A DNA stretch of 64,000 nucleotides from Macrostomum lignano. Taxonomy: Eukaryota. The notes below the pieces were generated by a model that was given only the letters and a program-made list of their open reading frames with translations, did no database searches and was not told the DNA's origin. This document shows positions 49,801 through 61,003 of this stretch, one piece after another (positions within the stretch are counted from its first letter, which is position 1; the number at the start of each line of letters is the position of its first letter). The position numbers and the translations under genes are program-made. The stretch lies in assembly GCA_002269645.1 (NCBI GenBank), contig NIVC01003963.1, forward strand, positions 3,426 to 67,425, written 5' to 3'.

Positions 49801-52800
49801 ACTCCTCAGATCTTCGTTTTGTCACTCTTAAGTCACTCCTGAGATCCTTAATTGTCACTCTTGAGACCTCCGATTGTCACCCCCGAGATCCCTGATTGTC
49901 ACTCTTGAGATCTCTAATTGTCACTCCTGAGATCTCTAAGTGGCACTCTTAAGACACGATATTGTCACTCCTCGTATCCCACTCTCCAGGTGTCACTCCT
50001 CAGATCCATTTTTCACTCCCTAGATAGCTTTTGTCACCCTTGAGACCTCCGACGTTGTCACTCCTCAGATCGCTCATTGTCACACCGGCCAGCTACCACT
50101 GGCTGAATTGAAACGGCAAATCTCCAAACCCTTCAGATTTCGTCTTTACGACGAGAGAAAGTCGGCGCCACGGGAGCAACAGCAGCCGGGAGGAGCTGCC
50201 AGCAGTTCAGTAGTCACTCGCTTTACCAACAGTAACGGCAACAACGTCTCTAGCGGCGCCGCCAACTCAGCTGAGTCGCCCGACAGCGGCCGGCCGGCTG
50301 CTCACAAAGCTCGGTAATTTAAAAAAAATCTTTTCCTAGTACCAAATATTACTGTGAGTAGTGAAAAGTCTGAATTTTTATGTAGCTTTAACTCAGTACC
50401 AAATACTACTATGAGTAGTGAAAAGTCTGAATTTTTTATGTAGCTTTAACTCAGTACCGAATACTACTATGAGTAGTGAAAAGTCTGAATTCTTTTATGT
50501 AGCTTTAACTCAGTACCGAATGCTACTATAAGTAGTGATGAGTCTGAATTTTTTATAGCTTTGACTCGGTACCGAATACTACTATAAGTAGTGATGAGTC
50601 TGAATTTTTTATAGCTTTGACTCGGTACCGAATACTACTATAAGTAGTGAAAAGTCATGTTTTACATAGCTTTCACTCAGTACCGAGTATTACTATAAGT
50701 AGTGAAAAGTCTGATTTTTATATAGCTTTGACTCAGTACCGACTGCTACTATAAGTAGTGAAAAGTCTGAATTTTTTATATAGCTTTCACTCAGTACCGA
50801 ATACTACTATAAGTAGTGAAAAGTCTGATTTTTTATGTAGCTTTAACTCAGTACCGAATAGTACTATAAGTAGTAAAAAGTCTGATTTTTTATGTAGCTT
50901 TCACTCAGTACCGAATACTACTATAAGTAGTGAAAAGTCTGAATTTTTATGTAGCTTTCACTCAGTACCGAATCCTACTATAAGTAGTGATGAGTCTGAA
51001 TTTTTTTATAGCTTTAACTCAGTACCGAATACTACTGTAAGTAGTGATGAGTCTGAATTTTTTATAGCTTTAACTCAGTACCGAATCCTACTATAAGTAG
51101 TGATGAGTCTGAATTTTTTATAGCTTTAACTCAGTACCGAATACTACTGTAAGTAGTGATGAGTCTGAATTTTTTATAGCTTTAACTCAGTACCGAATAC
51201 TACTATAAGTAGTGATGAGTCTGAATTTTTTATAGCTTTGACTCAGTACCGAATACTGCTATAAGTAGTAAAAAGTCTGATTTTTTATGTAGCTTTCACT
51301 CAGTACCGAATACTACTATGAGTAGTGAAAAGTCTGATTTTTTATGTAGCTTTAACTCAGTACCGAATACTGCTATAAGTAGTAAAAAGTCTGATTTTTT
51401 ATGTAGCTTTCACTCAGTACCGAATACTACTATGAGTAGTGAAAAGTCTGATTTTTATATACGTTTGACTCAGTACCGACTGCTACTATAATGAGTAGTA
51501 GTAATGAGTCTGCATTTTTCAACAGAAGCATCTATATACCAAAAATTCAATCCTATTCATCTAACACATTCGACTATTGTTTGAAAAGAGGAAAAATGTT
51601 TGTTTATTAGCTTGTAAAGTCTTGCATAAGATACGCATAGGAACTAAGCAATCAGAGTGCTTAGTTTGGATATATGCATCTAATACAACAATCTTATTTT
51701 ATTACTGTAGATGTTAAGAATCTAGCCCAAGTCTTGTCAGTAGTATCGTTGAAATATGAAATGTAAGAAATTAGTAAAGTTTTTTCTATACAAATTTGTC
51801 TACTATGAGTAGCTTGATAGCATCTGATTGGTTTAGGGTTTGACAATTTAAATTTCAATCATGAATATATTTAATTGCCTATGTTTTCAATTAATCCATT
51901 TAGCGGTTGGTTTAGAACTGCTGCGCAATAATCTAACCAATAAAAAAGTTGAGTTCTGACCAAGCAGGCAAGTGGTGCTTTTGGGACGTGTTTTGGCAAG
52001 TTTTATTCCCTTGGTTGGCAGTGCAAATGATTCTGTTTTTATCTTTATTTACGAATTATGAACGGGATTGTGGAAATGTTTTGGTATTAATTGAATTCTT
52101 GGCATGGTTCATCTGTTTTATATGTATTATAATTTCCTATAAGATTAGCTATTTCAGTGACAGCTTTTATTTTTGCACACATTGGACATGTTTTGCTTAT
52201 CAGTTTGGTGGTTAAATCTGTTTTTATTGTTGAAGCGAAAACGAGACCCACAGAATAGAGTGACACACAATGGAGAGAATGACCCACAGAATGGAGAGTG
52301 ACCCACGGAATGGAGAGAGACTCACAGAGTGAATGACCCACAATGAAAAAAGTGACCCAAGGAATTAAGAGAGACCCACAGAATGGAGAGTGACCCACAG
52401 AATGGAGTGTGACCCACAGAGTGGAGAGTGACCCACAGATTGAAGAGAGACCCACAGAGTGGAGAGTGACCCACAGAGTGGAGAGTGACCCACAGAATGG
52501 AGAGTGACCCACAGAATGGAGAGTGACCCACAGAATGAGGAGCATGACCTACATGATGGAGAGTGACCCACAGAATGGAGAGAGACCAACAGAATGAAGA
52601 GCGTGACCTACAGAAAAGAGAGTGACCCACAGAATGGAGTGAGTGACCCACCGAATGATGAGAGTGACCCACAAGAAATTAATGCACTACGTTATTATCA
52701 TTAGCCTCAAAGCTGTCAGTCACTTCTATCCATAAATCGCAGGAGCGTCAACAGCGGCTGCGACAGTGGACAAGATCAACAGAGCGACACAGTGGCACCA

Positions 52801-52848
52801 GAAAGCTCCTCAGTGACCCAGTTAAACAGTGGACAGTCTGTTTCTTAA
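43842..52848 (+). CDS. GOPC: Golgi-associated PDZ and coiled-coil protein (GOPC/PIST/CAL), ~467 aa
   Basis: Exons 43842-44057, 46051-46582, 48723-49095, 50137-50313, 52743-52848 have consistent phases. Hallmark sequences: [61 protein letters not shown], and [18 protein letters not shown]. Confidence 0.95.
46640..47300. repeat. 21-bp minisatellite, GOPC intron 2
   Basis: gtgtgaatcccgattcctcag units. Confidence 0.9.
47830..48672. repeat. 33-bp minisatellite, GOPC intron 2
   Basis: ccactgcaggaccataagaggggcagcggccct units. Confidence 0.95.
49200..50080. repeat. ~22-bp minisatellite, GOPC intron 3
   Basis: tgtcactcctgagatctccgat-like units. Confidence 0.9.
50335..51490. repeat. ~59-bp minisatellite, GOPC intron 4
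   Basis: ctcagtaccgaatactactataagtagtga(aa/tg)agtctgaatttttatagcttt units, each with an actact-ata-agtagt hairpin. Confidence 0.9.
52240..52675. repeat. ~19-bp minisatellite, GOPC intron 4
   Basis: gagagtgacccacagaatg units. Confidence 0.85.
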
Positions 52849-53456
52849 ACTTGTTAGCAACAGTTTTTGTTTTTTAAGTTGTTAAAACTTTATTTTTGCG
52901 TTTTTTCGTTGTCAGTTCAGTCTCTGTCTGTTTGCTCCTGGAAGACTATCGGCACGCATCCAAGGGTTCTTTTGTTGTTGTTGATCCTCTGTTGCAGTCT
53001 CACTAACTCTAAAAGTTCCGTTTTGTAACTTATTAATATATTCTAATTTGTCTACTTAGCAGGGTGATTTTCAGTAGTCAGATGCGGTTTTGAAAGATAA
53101 TTTAAACCGAAAAAAATTGCTCTTAAATTTCTGGAACGCCTGAAAAGTGCCATTTTTTAATAGTAACTAATAGTACTTTAAACTAATGGATATAAACTGC
53201 TTTCATAATAATATAAGGCTCGAGTAGATGATAACTATTTTGAATATGCCTTAATTTGGATATCTTTGAATTCTAAGAGTTATTATATGCTGCATATAAA
53301 TACTAATAAGTATGTCGGTAAATTCTTAGTTCTATATTACCAGATGTTTGTTTGTTTATTAATATTTATTGAAAAATTACTACTTTATACGTGTACGCAC
53401 TTTCTGCAAAGCATTCCGGTTTTATAATGTCTCTTTTTGTATAAATACTGTTTGAT

Positions 53457-54305
53457 CAGGGGTCGGGCCAACTTGCTTACTTCAAGGCCACATCAAATAG
53501 GAAAGGAGAGATGAGAGAGACGAGGGAGGAGAGGAGGTGAGAGGATAGATAAGATGAGATATAAAAGGACAGAAAGAGATGAGAGAGAGACAAAAGAGGT
53601 GACAGGATAGATGAAATGAGAGAAGAGATGCAAGTGAGACGAGAGGGGGGGGTGAGACGATAGATGAGATTAGAGATGAAAGGAGAGTAGAGACGAGAGA
53701 GGAGGTGGGAGGATAGATGGGATTAGAGATGAAAGGAGAGAAGAGATTAGAGAGAGGTGAGAGGATAGATGAGATTAGAGATGAAAGGAGAGAAGAGATT
53801 AGAGAGAGGTGAGAGGATAGATGAGATTAGAGATGAAAGGAGAGAAGAGATTAGAGAGAGGTGAGAGGATAGATGAGATTAGAGATAAAAAGAGAGAAGA
53901 GACGAGAGAGGAGGTGAGAGTATAGATGAGATTAGAGTTGAAAGGAGAGAAGTTGATGAGAGAGACGAGAGAGGTGAGAGGATAGATGGGATTGGAGATG
54001 AAAGGAGAGACAAGATGAGAGAGAGACCAGAGAGGTGAGAGGATAGATGAGATTAGAGATGAAAGGAGAGTAGAGACGAGATAGGAGGTGGGAGTATAGA
54101 TGAGATTAGAGTTGAAAGGAGAGAAGTTGATGAGAGACGAGAGAGGAGGAAGGGAGAGGTTAGATGAGATTAGAGATGAGAAAGAGGATAAGAGAAGAGA
54201 GCAGAGGAGAGACAACCCTTAAGCGGGCCGGATTGCTATTGTGAAGTTTCAAAGGACCCGAGGGCCGGATAAAGAAGCTTTGGGGCCGGAGTTGGCCGAC
54301 CCCTG
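53457..54305. mobile_element. hAT-like MITE with CAGGGGTCGG TIRs and an expanded GA-rich interior
   Basis: caggggtcgggccaact at 53457 and agttggccgacccctg ending at 54305; no intact TSD seen. Confidence 0.7.
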
Positions 54306-54699
54306 ATCTGTATGAGATAAGTTTCGCTTGCTAAGTCTGATGGATTAAAGAAACTAAATCTTTTCCCGTTGGTCATTTTCTTTTCTTATCTGGCCTGCCT
54401 TCTGTCTTTGACAGAGCGCAGTCATCTGTAACTCTATCTGAAGTACAATTATATTAAAGCAACTCTGAAGTTTCCTCATATTTGGTATTTAAGTACAAGT
54501 GTGTAGCTTTATTCATTGGTTGTTTCCGAATCTTACTAACTCCCTTTTATAAGCTGCTTGTATTGTCTCATAAAAATTGGTTTTGAGGTCTGGTTTCAAT
54601 TTTTGTTTAATTTGTTTATTCATGTTGGCAAAGTAAATTTGTTAAGAACACCGAGAAATATTGCCACAATATTTATTTATCCAAGTCCGTGCTTGTCTG

Positions 54700-55535
54700 C
54701 ACTTGTTTTAGTGATTTTGCTGGGCCATTGATTAGCTCTGCCTAAACTACATAGCCTCCAATATCTTCAGTTGCTGGGCCAGCCTCCCAGAGTGTCTGTT
54801 GCTGGGCCAGCCTCCCAGATCCTCAGTTGCTGGGCCATTGACTAGCTCTGCCTAAACAACATAGCCTCCAAGATCTTTAGTTGTTGGGCCATTGATTAGC
54901 TCTGCCTAAACAACATAGCCTCCAAGATCTTTAGTTGTTGGGCCATTGATTAGCTCTGCCTAAACAACATAGCCTCCAAGATCTTCAGTTGCTGGGCCAC
55001 CAGCCTCCCAGATCCTCAGTTGCTGGGCCACCAGCCTCCCAGATTCTCAGTTGCTGGGCCAGCCTCCCAGATCCTCAGTTGCTGGGCCACCAGCCTCCCA
55101 GATTCTCAGTTGCTGGGCCACCAGCCTCCCAGATCCTCAGTTGCTGGGCCACCAGCCTCCCAGATTCTCAGTTGCTGGGCCAGCCTCCCAGATCCTCAGT
55201 TGCTGGGCCACCAGCCTCCCAGATCCTCAGTTGCTGGGCCAGCCTCCCAGATTCTCAGTTGCTGGGCCAGCCTCCCAGATCCTCAGTTGCTGGGCCAGCC
55301 TCCCAGATCCTCAGTTGCTGGGCCAGCCTCCCAGATCCTCAGTTGCTGGGCCACCAGCCTCTCAGATCCCCAGTTGCTGGGTCAACAGCCTCCCAGATTC
55401 TCAGTTGCTGGGCCACCAGCCTCTCCAGCCTCTCCAGCCTCACCACCCAGTTGCTGGGTCAACAGCCTCCCAGATTCTCAGTTGCTGGGCCAGTCTCCCA
55501 GATCCTCAGTTGCTTAGCCAACCTCCCAGATCCCC
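54700..55535. repeat. Compound minisatellite (~54-bp units grading into ~27-31-bp units) upstream of HSF
   Basis: cagttgctgggccaccagcctcccagatcct core. Confidence 0.9.
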
Positions 55536-55605
55536 AGTCGCTGCAGCTCTAGAACACGCACCGAATCCCGATCAAAATTGCAGCCAGTCACTCTCCAGCG
55601 CTAGC

Positions 55606-57866
55606 ATGCCAGCAGTGGTGGGATCCGAGCAGCTGCCTGAGTCCCAGCCAGGCCAACAGCCCGCCGCAGGTGCCTCTCCAAATCTTCGGCGCGGACTGCC
55701 CGGCGGCCTGCCCGGCTTCCTGGTGAAGCTATGGACTCTGGTCAACGATCCCACTATCGATTCGATAATCAGCTGGGACTCAACCGGCGATTGCATCCTC
55801 ATCTCGGATGGCAACGCTCTCGCGGCCGAGGTTCTGCCATTGTACTTTAAGCACAACAACTTGGCCAGCTTCACGCGCCAGTTGAACATGTACGGCTTTC
55901 ACAAGCTGGCATCCGCCGATAGCAGCGGTCAGATGCACTTTCAGCATCCGTACTTTCGGCAGGGACAGCCGGAGCTGTTGCCAAGCGTCAACCGTCAGAT
56001 GCTTGGAGGCGGCGGCCGGTACAGCCTGGCTCTGACTACTAGGCATGGCGGTACTGCGGCAACTACAGGCGACGCTATGGATCCGCAGCAGCAGCCATCG
56101 GTGTCAGGGGGCACCGCACCGTGTGAGGGCACCTCTGACGGAGTCGACCCGGTGTCGCTTAACGGTCGCGACGCTGTGCAGGCCGCGCTGACCGAGATGC
56201 GCACGCGGCAGTCGGCTACTGACCAACAGTTGAGGCGGCTGTGCGATGAGAATCATAAACTGTGGCTGGAATTGGATAACCTGCGGGTGCAGCACCAGCA
56301 GCAGCAGGTGAGGCTGGGTGTCTAACACAGAACAGGCTGTCTAACACACAGAACAGGCTGTCTAACACACATAACAGACTGTCTAACACCCAGAACAGGC
56401 TGTCTTAACACACAGAACAGGCCATGTCTGACACACAGAACAGGCTGTCTAACACACATCCGGCTGTCTAACACACAGAACAGGCTGTCTAACACACAGA
56501 ACAGGCCATGTCTGACACACAGAACAGGCTGTCTAACACACATCCGGCTGTCTAACACACAGAACAGGCCATGTCTGACACACAGAAAAGGCTGTCTAAC
56601 ACACAGAACAGGCTGTCTAACACACAGAACAGGCTGTCTAACACACATCCGGCTGTCTAACACACAGAACAGGCCATGTCTGACACACAGAAAAGGCTGT
56701 CTAACACACAGAACAGGCTGTCTAACACACAGAACAGGCTGTCTAACACACAGAACAGGCCATGTCTGACACACAGAACAGGCTGTCTAACACATATCCA
56801 GCTGTCTAACACACAGAACAGGCTGTCTAACACACAGAACAGGCTGTCTAACACACAGAACAGGCCATGTCTGACACACAGAACAGGCTGTCTAACACAT
56901 ATCCAGCTGTCTAACACACAGAACAGGCTGTCTAACACACAGAACAGGCCATGTCTAACACACAGAACAGGCCATGTCTAACACACAGAACAGGCCATGT
57001 CTAACACACAGAACAGTCCGTCTAACACTTAGAACAGGCTGTCTAGCAACTGAAAATAGATAAAATTTTTGTACAAACTGATGACAGACTATTATATAAA
57101 GTTAACCTGTCCATGAAACCCACCATCACTGCAGGTGGCTGTCACCTGGCTCCTGGACTTCATCAAAGCCGCCATGGTGAATCGAAGCGCCAATCAAGGC
57201 GTCAGCGGCGGCGGCATCCGGGGGCCTCGAATAAGCGAGCCCGACCTGCAGTCTGCTGCTGACAGCTCCGCCGCTGCCGCCGCCGCCGCCTCCTCGATGG
57301 GGCCGCTGGGCGCTGCCACCTCTAGCGGCTCTGTACCGTCCGACACTTCCGGTTTCAACCGGAAGCGGCCATATCCGTTCCCCTACCCGCAGCAGCAGCA
57401 GCAGCTGATGGCTATCGAGATGCCGCCTGCGGCGCCAGCCATCGAGGCTCCCCGTCAGCGTCGGGCCATCACGCAGCTGCCGCCAACGCCGACTACCCCG
57501 CAGCCGCCGCCGCCGCTGACGCCGACAGCCGTGTCGACCTCCGCCGAGTCTCCCAGCATCGCCGACTTCTGCCCGGAGGCATTCAGCGCAGATATCAATT
57601 CCCGACAAGCCGACTTGGACGGCATTGTGAATGCTTTGGAGACGGACGAATCGTTGGACTTCGATGTTGACAGGCTGTTGGCTGAGCTGGTGCAGTCGCC
57701 GCCGACTCCACAGCAGCAGCAGCCGCAGCAACCGCCGGCTTCTGTGCCAGCGGCGGTGACCGGTTTAACCAAACAGCAACCGCCTGGTTCAAATAACTCT
57801 GAAGACGCTGAGCCGCCACTACTGGACAGCTGTTTGATTGAGGATCCGGGACAATTGTTTAAATAA
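55606..57866 (+). CDS. Heat shock transcription factor family protein, ~477 aa
   Basis: Exon to 56307 has the HSF DNA-binding domain (FLVKLWTLV...FKHNNLASFTRQLNMYGFHK...FQHPYF) and HR-A/B heptads; a phase-0 intron leads to exon 57135-57866. An acceptor at 55546 implies an upstream exon, so the start codon is uncertain. Confidence 0.9.
56320..57050. repeat. 21-bp minisatellite filling the HSF intron
   Basis: tctaacacacagaacaggctg units. Confidence 0.95.
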
Positions 57867-58064
57867 ATTTTGTATATGAACTATTGTGTTTATTATTATA
57901 TGTATTATTATATTATCGTCATATTTTAATTAGCCCGTATTTTGCATACATGCAAATATATATGCAGTAAACTATTTTGTGCATCATTTTATATTTAGCT
58001 ACTACTTGTTTGTGTATATAATAGTAGTATATAGTCGATTTAACGACATACAATTTTAAACCGA

Positions 58065-58197
58065 TTAACATCCGAGAGGGTCATCTGACCCCACCGATTA
58101 ACATCAGAGGGGTCATCTGATCCCACCGATTAACATCCGAGGGGGCCATCTGACCCCACCGATTAACATCAGAGGGGGTCATCTGACCCCACCGATC
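58065..58197. repeat. Four ~31-bp repeats with an internal palindrome
   Basis: ccgattaacatccgagagggtcatctgacccca; gggtc...gaccc inverted core. Confidence 0.75.
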
Positions 58198-58589
58198 TAC
58201 ATTTTTAATGGAAAAAAGTAAATTTAGGACTATATACAAAATATGAAGCTACTTTAAGTAGCTAATTAAACGACTACATGGTAGATTAATAAAATTGTCT
58301 ATAGATTTATCCGTTATTTTTTGTCGGTTAATGTAAATCTAAAATCTAAAATTTGTTTTGAGTATTGGGCATCGTTGTATTTTTTTCATCATTTTTTTTA
58401 TCTGAACATTGCTTCGGTTACCAACGCAAGATGATTTCAAACATTTGCAGACAGCAAACTGCCCCTTCATATCCACACTCAGACCACACTCGACATCGCA
58501 TATATTTCAGCATTTCTTGTAGCTCCCGTGTCGGCACTAAGTTTTAAACGCCTTAAATTTCCAACCTTCAGATGTTTTGAGCTGGCATT

Positions 58590-59395
58590 AATGTTTTGCG
58601 AGAATCGCCCTTCGGAGTCTACCCAGATAATCGCCTTTTGAATCTACCCAGAAGATCGTCTTTAGAGTCTACCCAGATAATCTCCTTTGGAGTCTACCCA
58701 GATAATCGCCTTTTGAATCTACCCAGAAGATCGTCTTTAGAGTCTACCCAGATAATCTCCTTTGGAGTCTACCCAGATAATCTCCTTTGGAGTCTACCCA
58801 GATAATCTCCTTTGGAGTCTACCCAGATAATCTCCTTTGGAGTCTACCCAGATAATCTCATGTGGAATCTACCCAGATAATCTCCTGTGGAATCTACCCA
58901 GAAAATCTGTGGAATCTACCCAGATAATCTCCTTTGGAATCTACCCAGATAATCTCCTGTGAAGTCTACCCAGATAATCTCCTGTGGAATCTACCCAGAT
59001 AATCTCCTGTGGAATCTACCCAGAAAATCTGTGGAATCTACCCAGATAATCGCCTTTGGAATCTACCCAGAAAATCTCCTGTGGAATCTACCCAGATAAT
59101 CTCCTTTGGAGTCTACCCAGATAATCTCCTTTGGAGTCTACCCAGATAATCGCCTTTGGAATCTACCCAGAAAATCGCCTTTGGAATCTACCCAGAAAAT
59201 CTCCTGTGGAATCTACGCAGAAAATCTCCTGTGGAATCTACCCAGAAAATCTCCTGTGGAATCTACGCAGAAAATCTCCTGTGGAATCTACCCAGAAAAT
59301 CTCCTGTGGAATCTACCCAGAAAATCTGTGGAATCTACCCAGAAAATCGTCTTTGGAATCTACCCAGATAATCTCCTTTGGAATTTATCCAGAAA
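58590..59395. repeat. ~22-bp minisatellite
   Basis: gaatctacccagataatctcctttg-like units. Confidence 0.9.
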
Positions 59396-59929
59396 ATCTA
59401 AAGTTCAGAACCCAAAATTCCTTACTTCAAGAGAGCCCCGGTTTTGCACTCATAAATAGATTAGATTACTGTATGGTCAGATGGCTTCAGAGCAAAGTAA
59501 CTTCACTCGTAAAGGCCCGCTTTGCGTTGCACTTGACTCACTATTTTCACCTTGTCAGGCAGTGATTGGATGTAACTTCATAATTGTATGCTTATCTAGT
59601 TATTGTCTGCTTTCTCTAGCATGGCAGCAAAGAATGCGCTGTTTCTGCTTGTTGCTGTTTCTGAGAACAGAAGTTGCTTTTGTTGCGTCTGTCAGCACAC
59701 GTGTTTAAATTTGCATCTTTAAACTGTATTTTCCCTGTTTGCGTACAATACTCGTATGCTTGTCTGTTGCTTCTGCTGTGGAAAATATGTATATTTTGTC
59801 TGAACTGTAACTAATACATTTTAATAGAAGACACTTGCTTGTTTTCATAACGTAAAATGTTGTTATATTTTTGTTGATAACTTCAGCCGTAAACATTTTT
59901 TATTTAAAATTGGATTTATCTTCTCTTGG

Positions 59930-60545
59930 GGTCATCGTTTGGAAGGTCTTAAAGGTCGTCGGATCAGTGGATATTCCAAAAATCATCGTTTTAACTGCCC
60001 CGAAGGTCACAGCTTTGAATCTCCTGAAGATCACTGCTTTGAGGGTAGCGAAAGTCACGTGTTGAATGTACCCACAATCATTGCGTTGAAGGTTTTGAAG
60101 ATCATAGTGTTGTAGGTCCCGCAGACAATCTTGTTGAAGGTCGCGAAGACGACCGAGTTAAATGTCCTGAAGATCATTGTGTTAAATGTCCCGAAGATCA
60201 TTGTATTGAATGTCCGAAGATCATTGTGTTAAATGTTGCGAATATCATGTGTTGAATGTCCCGAAGATCATTGTGTTGAATGTCCGAAGATCATCGAGTT
60301 GAATGTCCCGAAGATCATCGAGTTGGATGTCCGAAGATCATCGAGTTGAATGTCCTGAAGATCATCGAGTTGAATGTCCCGAAGATCATTGTGTTAAATG
60401 GTTCGAATATCATGTGTTGAATGTCCCGAAGATCATCGAGTTGAATGTCACGATGATCATCGCATTGAATGTCCCAAAAATAATGATGTTGAATTTTGCA
60501 AAGATCTTCGGGTTGAATGTACCGAAGTTCACGCGTTAAATATCT
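59930..60545 (+). repeat. Degenerate 24-bp repeat (translates as ECPEDHRV-like units, with frameshifts)
   Basis: gttgaatgtcccgaagatcatcga units with several 1-nt deletions. Confidence 0.75.
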
Positions 60546-61003
60546 CGAAGATAATCGATCGTCTTGACTGTCGTGAAGGCCTTAGAGATCGTCGGAGGTG
60601 CTGGACATTATCTGCAACTCAGAAGAGGGTCTTACAAAAGCACCAACTGAAATGTGCTATACAATTAAAATTTACTAAACGCGAAGACCAGGATTCTTCG
60701 AAGACAGAAGAAAAATAACTGTGTTTAAGTCAGAAAATGTCAAGTGTCATAGCTATATATTAATTTACGCTCAAATATTAGTATAGTTCTATGTCTACTA
60801 TTAGTAGAGCAGGATGAGTATCAATTCATTTTTATCGTAGCAAGAGTATCGAAGGTCAAACTAACTTGATCCAAGCAAAATCCAGCAATGTACCTTCATA
60901 CGAGCGTATTGAATATCGGAGTAGAACATTATTGAGAGGCGTCAACGGCCTCCCCTGCTTGATGCATGGCCCCCACACCGGTTCCGACACCTATGCTAGC
61001 AAT

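Noticed and set aside
50335-51490. Tandem C/D-box snoRNA array (GTGATGA and CTGA motifs)
   Set aside because: Only some units have TGATGA, CTGA follows it almost immediately, and there is no terminal stem or recognisable guide.
51949-52215. Small two-TM ORF nested in a GOPC intron
   Set aside because: TTG start and T-rich composition explain the hydrophobicity; no family recognised.
55051-55546. Repetitive N-terminal extension of the HSF ORF
   Set aside because: Starts at a non-ATG codon inside a minisatellite and lies upstream of an acceptor at 55546; most likely intronic.
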